This document shows positions 25,823 to 35,765 of a DNA stretch of 64,000 nt, in pieces. The stretch's first letter is position 1. The number at the start of each line of letters is the position of its first letter. The translations under genes and the position numbers were made by a program. Source of the stretch: Patescibacteria group bacterium (lineage in GTDB: Bacteria > Patescibacteriota > Minisyncoccia > Phycocordibacterales > JBBTRF01); assembly GCA_038065315.1 (NCBI GenBank), contig JBBTRF010000001.1, forward strand, positions 464,458 through 528,457, given 5' to 3'. The notes beneath the pieces were generated by a model that was not told the DNA's origin, searched no databases, and worked only from the letters and a program-made list of their open reading frames with translations.

Positions 25823-26239
25823 TTATTTAGCGGCTTTTGGCTTCTTCATACCGTATTGGCTTCGACCCTTTCGTCGTGTTTCTACACCACCTGAGTCGAG
25901 CACGCCTCGAACAATAGTGTATCGGAGACCGACATCCTTTACTCGTCCGCCTCGGAGAAGTACCACTGAGTGTTCCTGGAGGTTGTGGCCGATACCTGGG
26001 ATGTATGCGGTGACTTCCATACCGTTGGTAAGTCGCACTCGGGCGATCTTGCGGATCGCTGAGTTTGGCTTCTTTGGAGTCTTGGTCGTAACCTTGACGC
26101 ATACTCCTCGCTTAAATGGCGAGTAGAAGAATCGAGGCTTGTTCTTGAGCGTATTGAAGCTCTTGGTCAAGGCGATCGCCTTTGACTTTCGGTAGAGCTT
26201 GACTCGCTTGCGGCGCACCAATTGATTGATGGTTGGCAT
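25823..26239 (-). CDS. rpsL: 30S ribosomal protein S12
   Basis: Start set at [12 protein letters not shown]; motifs ...[10 protein letters not shown]... and ...[17 protein letters not shown]... Confidence 0.95.
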   Translation of the reverse strand: MPTINQLVRRKRVKLYRKSKAIALTKSFNTLKNKPRFFYSPFKRGVCVKVTTKTPKKPNSAIRKIARVRLTNGMEVTAYIPGIGHNLQEHSVVLLRGGRVKDVGLRYTIVRGVLDSGGVETRRKGRSQYGMKKPKAAK

Positions 26240-26552
26240 AGTGAAATGCAAATAAATAAACCGATTTTAATAATGACGATGATTAAATTCTGCTTCGCCG
26301 CGCGGAGATCTGTGTGGCTTCACCCTTTGCTTCCGAGGATTACTCACAGATTCCTGATGGTTGTGGCTGAATTATGAAGCTTTTTGGAGCTTGGCGAGCT
26401 CAGGCGAACCTGTTGGGCCGCGCTTTGCTCCGAGAAAAGCGTCCCCGTACTCTACTATAGAGAGGGGTTTTGCGCAAATATAACGCCTTGAACCCCCCTG
26501 AAACACGGCAAGAGCGTTACGCGAGGAGGCGCGCGGTGTTTTTGAGTAGGTG

Positions 26553-26604
26553 CGGATTTTTCATACTTTCTCATACACATTCATACAAAGTATGAAAAAT
26601 CCGC
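26553..26604. terminator. 18-bp perfect-stem hairpin (gcggatttttcatacttt ... aaagtatgaaaaatccgc) with a 16-nt loop, downstream of folD
   Basis: Read directly; sits between the folD stop and the rpsL upstream region. Confidence 0.5.
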
Positions 26605-26687
26605 AGGTACTCTTTTTCACTCCACCACCCCCCTCCAAAATGAAAGCCGCAGGATGTTGCACCTGCGGCGAGCTTTCGCTACCAAAC

Positions 26688-27560
26688 CTACTTCGCCATA
26701 GCGGCGTCCAACGTGTTCTGAAGAAGCATGGCAATAGTCATCGGACCGACTCCACCAGGGACCGGAGTAATGGCCGAAGCGATCAAGCAGACAGGACCGA
26801 AGTCCACATCTCCCGATGTTACGCCGTCGACGCGACTGATCCCAACATCAACGACCACCGCGCCAGGCTTCACAAACCCAAGCTTCACGAAACCCGACTT
26901 GCCAAGAGCGGTGACCAAAATATCGGCCTCCTTGCACACAGTCGCTAGGTCAGGTGTCTGCGAGTGCGCCACAGTGACCGTCGCATCACCCATCTCGCCC
27001 TTCATGAGAAACGCTGCGGCGAGCGGCTTGCCGACAATGGAGCTGCGACCGACGATGACCACACGCTTCCCTTTCGCGGTGATGCCGTTGCGGCGGAGCA
27101 ATTCGATAATCCCTCGCGGCGTGGCCGGAACAAAGCGCGGCGTGCCTCTCAAGAGCAAGCCTTGATTCTCCGGATGGAAGCCGTCAACATCCTTCAGCGG
27201 ATCGATAGCGGCGACCACCGCCTCGACATCAATGTGCGCCGGCAGGGGCAACTGAACGATGTAGCCGTGGATCTTTGGGTCGGCATTGTATTGCGCGATG
27301 AGCTTGAGTAACTCAGCTTGCGTGGTGGTCGCGGGACGAATATCCACGACGCTGTGGAAACCGGCGTTGCGAGCAGCTTCGCCCTTACTCTTCACATACA
27401 TTCGGCTGGCAGCGTCATTACCAAGCAAGATCACGGCCAGCCCGGGCTTGAAGCCAAGGGTACGCACGCCGTCGGCTATCTCGGCACGGATGTGCTGGGC
27501 GCAGGCCTTGCCGTCGAGAATGAGCGGTTTGTTCAGCGGTTGGGTAAATTCATATTGCAT
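26688..27560 (-). CDS. folD: Bifunctional methylenetetrahydrofolate dehydrogenase/cyclohydrolase
   Basis: 290 aa; the FolD family pattern runs throughout (...GKRVVIVGRSSIVGKP...PGGVGPMTIAML...). Confidence 0.9.
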   Translation of the reverse strand: MQYEFTQPLNKPLILDGKACAQHIRAEIADGVRTLGFKPGLAVILLGNDAASRMYVKSKGEAARNAGFHSVVDIRPATTTQAELLKLIAQYNADPKIHGYIVQLPLPAHIDVEAVVAAIDPLKDVDGFHPENQGLLLRGTPRFVPATPRGIIELLRRNGITAKGKRVVIVGRSSIVGKPLAAAFLMKGEMGDATVTVAHSQTPDLATVCKEADILVTALGKSGFVKLGFVKPGAVVVDVGISRVDGVTSGDVDFGPVCLIASAITPVPGGVGPMTIAMLLQNTLDAAMAK

Positions 27561-27627
27561 AATAGAGAGTGCTCCAATCCCATACTAGACCGTCGGGCGG
27601 AATAGTCAATGCGAGAAGCAACGAAAA

Positions 27628-28239
27628 TTAAAGTGTCAGTGGCACACCCATCAATAGAGCGAAGAGCTTGAACACGATCGGCTCAAAAAATTGCCAGAGG
27701 AAAAAGATGAAAAAGAGTGCCAGCATGAGCGAGTGACGCTCCAATTGCACTCGAACATGGCTGTATCGCTGCGGGATCAGGGCGAACAACAGCTTTGAAC
27801 CATCGAGTGGTGGCACAGGAGCGAGATTGAAAATGCCGAGCGTGATATTCACCAGCACGATCAGCCCAAACAAGGAGAAAGCTGCCTGATTGGCCACAAA
27901 ATGCGCCGCAACACCAAAGACCGCGGCCACAATAAAGTTCGACATTGGCCCGGCCAGTGCCACGAGAGCCTCACCCCAGCGAACATTAAAGGCACTTTTG
28001 CGGAAGTTATCCGGATTGAACGGCACTGGCTTCGCCCACCCAAAAGACACCCCCATGAGCGTCGTGATGATGGGGATAATGACTGAACCGATTGGATCGA
28101 GGTGTTTGATTGGATTCAGCGTGAGGCGGCCAGCATATTTCGCTGTTGGGTCACCCAAACGCAGCGCCATATAGCCATGAGATACCTCGTGGATTACGAC
28201 AGATAGTATGAGGACGGCCAGAGAAAAGAGGTTTAGCAT
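27628..28239 (-). CDS. Site-2 protease family (M50) zinc metalloprotease, membrane-embedded
   Basis: 203 aa; HEVSHG (HExxH) within the first TM region, multiple TM helices, small M50B-type architecture. Confidence 0.8.
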   Translation of the reverse strand: MLNLFSLAVLILSVVIHEVSHGYMALRLGDPTAKYAGRLTLNPIKHLDPIGSVIIPIITTLMGVSFGWAKPVPFNPDNFRKSAFNVRWGEALVALAGPMSNFIVAAVFGVAAHFVANQAAFSLFGLIVLVNITLGIFNLAPVPPLDGSKLLFALIPQRYSHVRVQLERHSLMLALFFIFFLWQFFEPIVFKLFALLMGVPLTL

Positions 28240-28315
28240 GAAATTGGCGCTATAAAGCCTTGGAAACTTGCGCTTTTGTCAATGTATGATAGCATAACTG
28301 AACTAAATCACCCCC

Positions 28316-28558
28316 ATGGCGAAAATCTGCCCAATCACCAAGAAAACCTCAATCGTCGCTGGCGGCTATTCAAACCGTACTCGAGCTACTCAATACAACC
28401 CTACCGGTATGGTGCGAAAGTACCCAAACCTCCAGAAGAAGACTATTTACATCCCTGAATTGAAGAAGTCGATTCGACTCACCATTTCTACCAAGGCAAT
28501 CAAGACCATCAATAAGAACGGTGCGTACGCAACACTGAAGAAAGCGGGGTTGATTTAA
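28316..28558 (+). CDS. rpmB: 50S ribosomal protein L28
   Basis: 80 aa beginning MAKICPITKKTSIVAGGYSNRTRATQYNP, an L28 pattern. Confidence 0.8.
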   Translation: MAKICPITKKTSIVAGGYSNRTRATQYNPTGMVRKYPNLQKKTIYIPELKKSIRLTISTKAIKTINKNGAYATLKKAGLI

Positions 28559-28627
28559 TCGGCCCGCAGGATTAGGATAGTCTCCAGACGGTCAACGAAG
28601 GCAAAACTTCACAGGAGAAAACAACGT

Positions 28628-29089
28628 ATGAGAACTTACTACGTGGTGGGCGGCTCTGTCTGCCTAATGATCCTTGCGGTGTTTACTGACAACGGGGGGT
28701 TGTTCCCTCGCTGGATCATCGGCTCCCTTTGGATCACACTGGCCTATTGTTTTAGCAAGCTCGCACTTCCCCCAGAAACGACGCCATCTCTGAAACCGAA
28801 AAAAACCCGTGAGGTGTATCACAACAGTCCGAGACCTTCGGCTGCCAGGAGCGCTTCCAATTCGACGGAGTTCTCCCGCAATTTTTGTCGGCAGCTCTAC
28901 CAAGGCGTCCAAGCCTGGAAGAAAGAAAATGCTTTCAAAAGCTGGGGCCACGTTGAGGCGGTAGAGATTTTCGATGAATTCTCAGCGGCGCTGGACAAAC
29001 ACCTCGATGAATTCCCGGATGAAGCCTACGAATCCGAGGTGCAACAATGGATCGCCTACGCCACCGAGATTCGCCGGAATCGGGACTGA
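28628..29089 (+). CDS. Hypothetical membrane protein (2 N-terminal TM helices)
   Basis: AGGAG Shine-Dalgarno sequence 9 nt upstream; terminator hairpin plus T6 downstream; no recognisable domain. Confidence 0.45.
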   Translation: MRTYYVVGGSVCLMILAVFTDNGGLFPRWIIGSLWITLAYCFSKLALPPETTPSLKPKKTREVYHNSPRPSAARSASNSTEFSRNFCRQLYQGVQAWKKENAFKSWGHVEAVEIFDEFSAALDKHLDEFPDEAYESEVQQWIAYATEIRRNRD

Positions 29090-29192
29090 TCACGTGGGCT
29101 CCGTGACTCGCTCGCCGAACCCCCACCACGATGGCCCGCCTTGCGCGAGCCATCTTTTTTATTTCTCTCTCCAATAATGATACAATCATCGT

Positions 29193-29798
29193 ATGAAAAA
29201 ATTTGAAGAAACAAAATTCAATATCCCCGCTCTGAGGGGTATTTCGGCAAAGACGATCGAGGAACACTTGAAGCTCTATGCCGGCTATGTGAAGTTCAGC
29301 AATCTCATCCTCGAAAAAATCGACGAGCTCTCGAAGGATGCGGAAAAGAATGCCTATGCTCTGGGCGAGCTCCAGCGGCGTTTTGGCTTTGAGTTCGATG
29401 GCATGCGCAATCACGAATATTATTTCCGGTCTTTTGAAGGCGGGGCAAAGGCAATCGACTCTGCGGCCGGCGCCAGTTCTTTAAAAAAGGCCGTCGAGGA
29501 AGAGTGGGGGTCTTGGGACGGCTGGCTCGCACGATTCAAAGCAATCGCTCTCACTCGAGGCATTGGCTGGGCAATGATGTATTACGACCCTGTCACCAAG
29601 CGTCTTTTGAATGCATGGGTGGATGAGCAGCATCTCGGACACCTCACCGGCCTCTCCCCTGTTCTAGCACTTGATATGTGGGAACACTCTTTCGTCGCCG
29701 ACTATCAGCCGAGCGGCAAAAAGCAGTATGTTGAAGATTTCTTTGCAAACCTGAATTGGGAAGTGATCGAGGAGAATTTCCAGAAAGCGGCGAAGTAA
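29193..29798 (+). CDS. sod: Fe/Mn superoxide dismutase
   Basis: 201 aa; the C-terminal DMWEHSF (D-x-W-E-H) metal-ligand motif, NHEYYF, and N-terminal His in EEHLKLY. Confidence 0.8.
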   Translation: MKKFEETKFNIPALRGISAKTIEEHLKLYAGYVKFSNLILEKIDELSKDAEKNAYALGELQRRFGFEFDGMRNHEYYFRSFEGGAKAIDSAAGASSLKKAVEEEWGSWDGWLARFKAIALTRGIGWAMMYYDPVTKRLLNAWVDEQHLGHLTGLSPVLALDMWEHSFVADYQPSGKKQYVEDFFANLNWEVIEENFQKAAK

Positions 29799-29807
29799 CG
29801 AAAAGAT

Positions 29808-30542
29808 TTACTTTTCTTCTGCATGGGCAGAAAGAATTTGTAGATGTCTTTTAGTGGCTTCAACTATTTTCTCGTAAATACACTGAACATCGCCGAAGTC
29901 TTTGTAAGACTGTTGCTTGATAGGGTCAGCGAAGGCTACAAAATAATTGTAGTATCTATTACCCTTCCCACTGTTTTTTATTTTCTCAGAAAGTTTGGCC
30001 ATCTTCTGTACATCAAAAGGTTCACCTGGGAATTCTCTGCGGTACCGGTAAGCAAACTGTCTTCCATGGGCCTCGATCTCACCTGGATTCCCCAAGTACT
30101 CAATTGTCTCTGGAATATCGACGGGCTCCAGTCCAGAACCAGGATTATAGATATGTTCCGCCTCATGATAAACAGCCTCAATCACACCAAGAAGCACACC
30201 TTCCGATTCTTCAAGTGTGGTGGCCCGACGAAGATTACCAACAGCAATAGTCATCAGGCGTGCAGCGCTATCATATTCATTGCTCTCACCCTCAAAGCGA
30301 ACGGAAAAAACTTCATCGAGATGCGATACGGTGAAACGAGGTTTCCGTTGCCATGCAGCACCGTCATTTTCTGGCCAAACATTCTGTAGGCATTGGACAA
30401 TATCGATATCATTACCACTCTGCACAGCTTCCCACCTGAGGCGAACAGCCTGAATTAATTTATCTTCTATGAAACGAGAGACTCGGAACTTTATCCTTTC
30501 CTGTCTTTCCTGAGGAGTTTCGTGTTCAGAGATTTCTTCCAT
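29808..30542 (-). CDS. Hypothetical protein with an HEAEH (HExxH) motif; possible zinc-dependent hydrolase
   Basis: 244 aa; no family recognised. The motif is AVYHEAEHIYNPGSG. Confidence 0.4.
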   Translation of the reverse strand: MEEISEHETPQERQERIKFRVSRFIEDKLIQAVRLRWEAVQSGNDIDIVQCLQNVWPENDGAAWQRKPRFTVSHLDEVFSVRFEGESNEYDSAARLMTIAVGNLRRATTLEESEGVLLGVIEAVYHEAEHIYNPGSGLEPVDIPETIEYLGNPGEIEAHGRQFAYRYRREFPGEPFDVQKMAKLSEKIKNSGKGNRYYNYFVAFADPIKQQSYKDFGDVQCIYEKIVEATKRHLQILSAHAEEK

Positions 30543-30580
30543 GTATAAGAGTATACCCCTATATTCATAACCATGTAAAA

Positions 30581-31528
30581 CTAGTGCGGAAACGTGGGCT
30601 CCGAAAAGGCGCGGCCGTCCGAGGTGAAGACGATCGTGCCTTTTTCGTAGGTGATGAGCGTGGTTACGTCGAATTTTTTGAGTGTATTCAGCGTTTCTTC
30701 ATGCGGATGACCGTATTTGTTTTTGAAACCGGCAGAAATCACAGCCCACTTTGGCCGCAACATTGAGACCAGAGCCTCACCAGTGGAAGTGCGGGAGCCA
30801 TGATGGCCAACCTTCAGGATGTCGGTGGGTTCGACGCGACCAAGCAGTGACTCGGTCTTCTTCGTCGAATCTCCCGTGAGCAACACGGAGGTGCTCGCGA
30901 ACACCACTCGAGCAATAATGGAACCGTCGTTCGTTTTCCAATCAGATACGTCGCGATCCGGAAACAGAATATCGATTTCTGCTCCGGCGCCAATCGGGAA
31001 ACGCATTCCCTTTCGGGCGATGACCGTCCGCGTGCCATGTTCTTTTTGTGATTTTGCTATTTCTTCTTTCAGCGTGCGGTATGTTGCCGAGACAGACGAG
31101 GTGCCGGGCTCGAGCACTAGACCAACTTTCATGGTTTGTAGCAGCGGAATGAAGCCGCCGATGTGGTCTTTGTCTGGGTTTGTGATCACGATCATATCGA
31201 TAGAGTGTTGCCAAAATGGCAGGACTTCGCCCAGGCGCACGAGGAGTGTGCGATCGGGGCCGCCATCAAACAACACTGTGGTTCCGTTCGGTCCACGCAC
31301 TAAGATAGCGTCGCCTTGGCCGATATCCAGAAAAGCAATCATCAGCGTGTCCTCAACGTCACCACCAAACTCCCCACCGTTTGCAAGATTCGGTGCATTC
31401 AGTGCTGTTGACGGTACGGCTCGAAACACGAACGACAGCGCAAAGAAAGCAACAGCAAAAACAGTGGCGACACCGAGCGCGCCTGTCGCCCACTTTTTCC
31501 AATTGATTATGTTATGCTTCTCTTCCAT
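30581..31528 (-). CDS. ComEC C-terminal-type MBL-fold metallo-hydrolase with its own N-terminal TM helix
   Basis: 315 aa with DIGQGDAILV...DGGP...ITNPDKDHIGG...GDS...VGHHGS motifs typical of the ComEC/Rec2 beta-lactamase domain. The ATG overlaps the stop of the upstream comEC gene by 17 nt. Confidence 0.75.
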   Translation of the reverse strand: MEEKHNIINWKKWATGALGVATVFAVAFFALSFVFRAVPSTALNAPNLANGGEFGGDVEDTLMIAFLDIGQGDAILVRGPNGTTVLFDGGPDRTLLVRLGEVLPFWQHSIDMIVITNPDKDHIGGFIPLLQTMKVGLVLEPGTSSVSATYRTLKEEIAKSQKEHGTRTVIARKGMRFPIGAGAEIDILFPDRDVSDWKTNDGSIIARVVFASTSVLLTGDSTKKTESLLGRVEPTDILKVGHHGSRTSTGEALVSMLRPKWAVISAGFKNKYGHPHEETLNTLKKFDVTTLITYEKGTIVFTSDGRAFSEPTFPH

Positions 31529-32960
31529 ATTTCCACCACAATAATCCGCCGGTGATACCGTACCATCCTACCATCAGCCAAGCCGGAAAGTATGGAATGG
31601 CCACCGTGGCAAAAGACAGTTCCGCGAAGAATCGAACAATCAGAAAAATATATGCGAGCAGTGCATGGGCGATAGCCGCCGGGATGACAGCGATGCCGAG
31701 CGGCAAGATAGTCGCCACGAATCCAGATAGCATCGCAAATGGAATTGTCGGCAAAATGGCGAGGTTGGTGAAGATCGAGACCAACGAAATATCACCCATG
31801 CTGTACAACAAGTACGGTAGCACGAAGAGCTGCGTTGAGAGTGTCGCGACAAGTATTGTACGTAACGTCTCATGACACCACATAAGTCGGCGTTCGATCA
31901 TTGGAGAGAGATAGATCAGGCCAGCCGTCGCAAGAAACGAGAGTTGGAAAGATGGATCGAAGATGAGCACACCCGGCTGAAACAGTACCATCAGAAAAGC
32001 GGCAAGAAAGAGTGCGCGAGGTACGTCATAGGTTCGATAGAATAACGCGGCGAGGAGCGCGATGACGGCCATGATTGCCGAACGCACGACGGTGGCTGCC
32101 GCGCCGGTCATGATCGAAAACAGAGCAATGAACACGATTCCGGAAACGATACTGATCCGTCGCGGCAAGCCAGACAAGAGATACATTACGGCCACGCCAA
32201 TGATCGTGATATTGAACCCAGACAATACGACAATATGAATCACGCCCGCCTTCCGAAAGGCGTCTTCAAGTGGCTTTCCAAGTGAACTTTTTTCGCCAAG
32301 CAAAAGGCCCGCCAGCAACGCACTTTCCGGCACCGCAAAACGCTCGCCAATCCGCCGCAGAAACAGCTCGCGAAAGGTGAAGAGCTTGTCCTTTAGCCAG
32401 CCACCGCTACCGTGTCCGACGATCGTAGATCGAACGTTCTTTAATTGGTAATAGACATTGTCGAGAGCGAGGTAGCTTGGGTAGTCGAACATCCGACCAT
32501 TGTCGGAAAGGAACGCTTCTGGCTTCACGAGAACTCCAGAAATACGGAGACGGTCACCGTATCGCACCGGCGGATACAACGGAACCGACACACTGATATT
32601 CGACCGTCCCCCATCCGGATGAAACAGGGTACGCCAAACCTGCCCGCGTTCTTGTGGCGGCTGTATTACCGTGCCGACAAACTGCACTGAACGGCCTAGG
32701 TATTGGTCTAATTCTGTTTTTGGTGCGCGGAGATCCGCGACGTCACAGCGGATCACTCCAAGCGACCCCCCGACCAATACCATCGCGACCCAAAGCATGC
32801 GGGCACTGGTTGGGGTCGTTGGATGGTTTCGAATAACCAGAATCACGCAGCCAAAAACAAACAGACCAAGTAGTCCAAGCCACCATGGAGTGAAGACCAA
32901 TGAGCGAACCGCCACCCCTAGGAAAAAACCGAAGAGGCAACTGCGTAGCTTCAACTCCAT
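31512..32960 (-). CDS. comEC: ComEC/Rec2 N-terminal (DUF4131 OB-fold + competence channel domain) membrane protein
   Basis: 482 aa, polytopic, with a competence-domain pattern (...HIVVLSGFNITIIG...). Confidence 0.75.
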   Translation of the reverse strand: MELKLRSCLFGFFLGVAVRSLVFTPWWLGLLGLFVFGCVILVIRNHPTTPTSARMLWVAMVLVGGSLGVIRCDVADLRAPKTELDQYLGRSVQFVGTVIQPPQERGQVWRTLFHPDGGRSNISVSVPLYPPVRYGDRLRISGVLVKPEAFLSDNGRMFDYPSYLALDNVYYQLKNVRSTIVGHGSGGWLKDKLFTFRELFLRRIGERFAVPESALLAGLLLGEKSSLGKPLEDAFRKAGVIHIVVLSGFNITIIGVAVMYLLSGLPRRISIVSGIVFIALFSIMTGAAATVVRSAIMAVIALLAALFYRTYDVPRALFLAAFLMVLFQPGVLIFDPSFQLSFLATAGLIYLSPMIERRLMWCHETLRTILVATLSTQLFVLPYLLYSMGDISLVSIFTNLAILPTIPFAMLSGFVATILPLGIAVIPAAIAHALLAYIFLIVRFFAELSFATVAIPYFPAWLMVGWYGITGGLLWWKYGREA

Positions 32961-32985
32961 CCAAAAAGTATACCGAAACAGTAAT

Positions 32986-33045
32986 AGAGAAACTGCTAAG
33001 AAAGGGTAAAGAAACCACTCTTTTTTGATAAAGAAATTATGAAGA
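32986..33045. repeat. Bipartite A-rich repeat, copy 2: AGAAACTGCTAAGAAA-N18-TTTTTGATAAAGA
   Basis: Both blocks are identical and the 18-nt spacing is the same as copy 1 at 12611; lies immediately upstream (minus strand) of comEC. Confidence 0.55.
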
Positions 33046-33105
33046 AAAGATAAAATTAGAATAAAGAAATTCTAAAGAAAAAATGAAGACGAAAAAGGCA
33101 CCGTT

Positions 33106-33855
33106 TTACGCAGAAAATTCGCCAGAAATAATCGACTCTTCGGCTGCGGACAATGCCTTCCTGAACCGTGCACCGCGCTGTCCTTTAACGCGCGCTTCGC
33201 ACTCTTTCCATGTCTTATGTACTTGCACCACACCCTTCACCGCACTTACATATGAATATGCCACGGCCTTACTGCGCGACCGATCGGCACCCTTGTCCTT
33301 TTTCTTTTCCAAGCTGTGAGAGATATCAAGGACATCAGAAATAAAATATGCAGAAAATTTGCCGTCAAACAACGGCGGACGCAACACACCTCCAGTCGCC
33401 AAAGCTGTTGCGATCACATCGCAGCGCTCGTTCCCCTTCACACCGATATGTCCACCAACATACTGCCATCGAACCTGCATTCCATCTGCATTCAAATGTG
33501 TAATCACCATGTCTAAACCCTCCCACAATTCGCGATTTTCTACGGGAGTTTTAGTGGAAGTGATCCAGCCCTTCTTCTTCCAGCCAGCAACCCATTTAGT
33601 AATCCCGTTGATCATATAGCTCGAATCAGAGTGAACGAGAATGTCACCGGAAATCTTTTGTGCCGACACATATTCCAACGCTCGCAAGGCCGCAAGCAGC
33701 TCCATTTGATTGTTCGTCGCTGTTCGTTCGGCACCGCCACCCTCTTTTACGCGCCGCTCTCCTGAACCTTGCATTTCATACACAGCCACAAAAGCCCAGC
33801 CTCCTGGACCAGGATTGCCTCGCGATGCTCCGTCGGTAAAAATAGTGGTGCTCAT
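33106..33855 (-). CDS. rnhA: Ribonuclease HI with a C-terminal (rather than N-terminal) hybrid-binding-domain-like module
   Basis: Start set at MSTTIFTDGASRGNPGPGGWAFV; motifs ...TNNQMELLAALRALE... and ...HSDSSYMINGITKWVAGWKKKGW.... The C-terminal ...AVAYSYVSAVKGVVQVHKTWKECEARVKGQRGARFRKALSAAEE resembles the RNase H1 hybrid-binding-domain (Cauli_VI) fold. Confidence 0.8.
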   Translation of the reverse strand: MSTTIFTDGASRGNPGPGGWAFVAVYEMQGSGERRVKEGGGAERTATNNQMELLAALRALEYVSAQKISGDILVHSDSSYMINGITKWVAGWKKKGWITSTKTPVENRELWEGLDMVITHLNADGMQVRWQYVGGHIGVKGNERCDVIATALATGGVLRPPLFDGKFSAYFISDVLDISHSLEKKKDKGADRSRSKAVAYSYVSAVKGVVQVHKTWKECEARVKGQRGARFRKALSAAEESIISGEFSA

Positions 33856-33872
33856 CAAAAGATTATACTGCT

Positions 33873-35723
33873 TCAAAATATATCCACAATCCTCAATCTC
33901 AATTCGGGAAAGTTGCGAAAGGTGGACTTTTCCAGTGTTGCCACCAGATGCACTTTTTCTCCGACGGCCAACTTTCGCCCTGCCCCAAGCTGGGCCTGCC
34001 AATCTTCGGGCGTGCTGAAAAAACCGATAGCGGAAACCTTGCTGCCATTCGTCTTGCCGAAGCCGAGTTCGATGTGATTTCGCTCTTTACCAAACGCTTT
34101 CACCTCACGCAGCAATGCATGCTCAAACAAAAACAAAGGTTTAGGATTTCCCGTGCCAAATGGCGCCAGCTTTTCGAGCATGCCGTACGTCTGCCAGTTG
34201 ACATCATCAAGGGTGATCGAGGCATCGACAAAAAGACCTTCCCCTGCCTCGCCCCCACTATCACCACCCGCAGATTCCGTCGCAGCCGAATCCGAGGCCA
34301 CCTCATACGCGGCCATCAGATCCGCCTCGAGCTTGTGCACTTCTTCATTCGTCACGGCAAAACCGCCGGCCAGCGTGTGGCCACCGTATGCCGACAGAGT
34401 CGCACCGGGCACCTTGCACATCAAAGCCTGCAAGCTCATCCCATTGGAACGGCACGAACCCTTCAGAACATCCTCACCGTCGCGTCCCCAGAGAAAAACA
34501 GGGCAAGAATAGGCCTCCATGAGGGTATTGGCCGCCAAACCAAGCAGTGCGGGCTTCCATTTTGGATTGCCGAGGACGATGAGTTTGGGTTTTTCTGTCT
34601 GGTTCGCCCACCGCGCCTCAAGCGCATGCTTCATTTCCTTCACCATGGCGGCCACAATACCCTTGCGCTCGTCATTTATGCGATTCAAATGGTCACTGAG
34701 CTGGTCGGCCTCAGTCTCATCGGTCGTAGAGAGCAAGCGAAAGGCGTCGTGCGGCACCCCCATGCGCGAAGCGGCGTTGATACGAGGCGAAATCGTGAAG
34801 CCGATGTCATCTTCGGTGAGATTACGCTGGTCCGTCTTGATCTTCCGCAGGAGCTTCATGAGGCCCACTCGAGGCGATTTGCGCAATACCTTGAGGCCAT
34901 AGTAGGCAAATACGCGGTTTTCGCCGGTGAGGGGTACCATGTCGGACAATGTTGCCATCCCCACCATGTCGAGCAGCCATTTTTCCCATCCATCCTTTAT
35001 TTCCGGCTTTTTTGACACCAGTGCCTGCACCAGCTTGAAAATCACCCCTGAACCACAGAGCATCTTCTCCGGATACGCACAATCGGCTTGTTTTGGGTTC
35101 AAAATAGCAAAAGCAGGCGGCAATACCGGCACTTCCTGGCCCTTTTTGTTCTTTTCCGTAATCGGCAGGTGGTGATCCGTGACGATCATATCCATTCCAA
35201 GCTCCTGACCACGCTTCACCTCGGCAATATCGGCAATGCCGCAATCGATCGTGATCACCAATTTTGCTCCATCCTTCGCAAAACCCTCGACCGCCTCCAT
35301 GTTGAGACCAAAACCTTCGTCGTGACGATGTGGAATGTAGTTTGAAAAGTTTGCATAACCGATCTTCTTGAAGAAATCGTGCAATACGACACCGCCAGGG
35401 ATACCATCGGCATCATAATCACTAAAAATGACGATCTTTTCGCCTTTTTCCACCGCCCCGAGCACTCGCTTCACCGCCTTTGCCATGTCTTTCAGCAAAA
35501 ATGGATCGTGAGTATGCGTTTCGTAGCTGGGATTGAGAAAGGCTTCGGCCGATACCACGTCCGTAATGCCTCGATGGAACATCAAATGTTGTAGAAAGTC
35601 GGGATATGCCGCGAGCGCCTTTTTCGCCTCCGCGGGCACGGCCGATCGGAGAGCGTATTTCGCCTTTGTGGCGGAAGCGGTCCTGGCAGTCATAGCGGAA
35701 AGTATATCACGCACATTTAGCAC
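33873..35723 (-). CDS. recJ: Single-stranded-DNA-specific exonuclease RecJ
   Basis: 616 aa; DHH motifs (IFSDYDADGI, ITIDCGI, IVTDHHLP) and the DHHA1 region. Confidence 0.9.
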   Translation of the reverse strand: MLNVRDILSAMTARTASATKAKYALRSAVPAEAKKALAAYPDFLQHLMFHRGITDVVSAEAFLNPSYETHTHDPFLLKDMAKAVKRVLGAVEKGEKIVIFSDYDADGIPGGVVLHDFFKKIGYANFSNYIPHRHDEGFGLNMEAVEGFAKDGAKLVITIDCGIADIAEVKRGQELGMDMIVTDHHLPITEKNKKGQEVPVLPPAFAILNPKQADCAYPEKMLCGSGVIFKLVQALVSKKPEIKDGWEKWLLDMVGMATLSDMVPLTGENRVFAYYGLKVLRKSPRVGLMKLLRKIKTDQRNLTEDDIGFTISPRINAASRMGVPHDAFRLLSTTDETEADQLSDHLNRINDERKGIVAAMVKEMKHALEARWANQTEKPKLIVLGNPKWKPALLGLAANTLMEAYSCPVFLWGRDGEDVLKGSCRSNGMSLQALMCKVPGATLSAYGGHTLAGGFAVTNEEVHKLEADLMAAYEVASDSAATESAGGDSGGEAGEGLFVDASITLDDVNWQTYGMLEKLAPFGTGNPKPLFLFEHALLREVKAFGKERNHIELGFGKTNGSKVSAIGFFSTPEDWQAQLGAGRKLAVGEKVHLVATLEKSTFRNFPELRLRIVDIF

Positions 35724-35765
35724 TCAACGCCGCACACCAAGAATAAAAATGGTATACTTTTTCGC

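Noticed and set aside
25353-26126. 257-aa plus-strand ORF
   Set aside because: Antisense to rpsG and rpsL.
31500-31535. ComEC two-ORF junction as a sequencing frameshift
   Set aside because: The downstream ATG lies 5 codons before the upstream stop (ATGGAAGAGAAGCATAA), a classic coupled-gene overlap. The second product also has its own N-terminal TM helix. I kept it as a finding to be verified rather than calling a pseudogene.
33948-35015. 355-aa plus-strand ORF
   Set aside because: Antisense to recJ, which has clear DHH-family motifs; the Arg-rich translation is typical of antisense GC-rich coding sequence.
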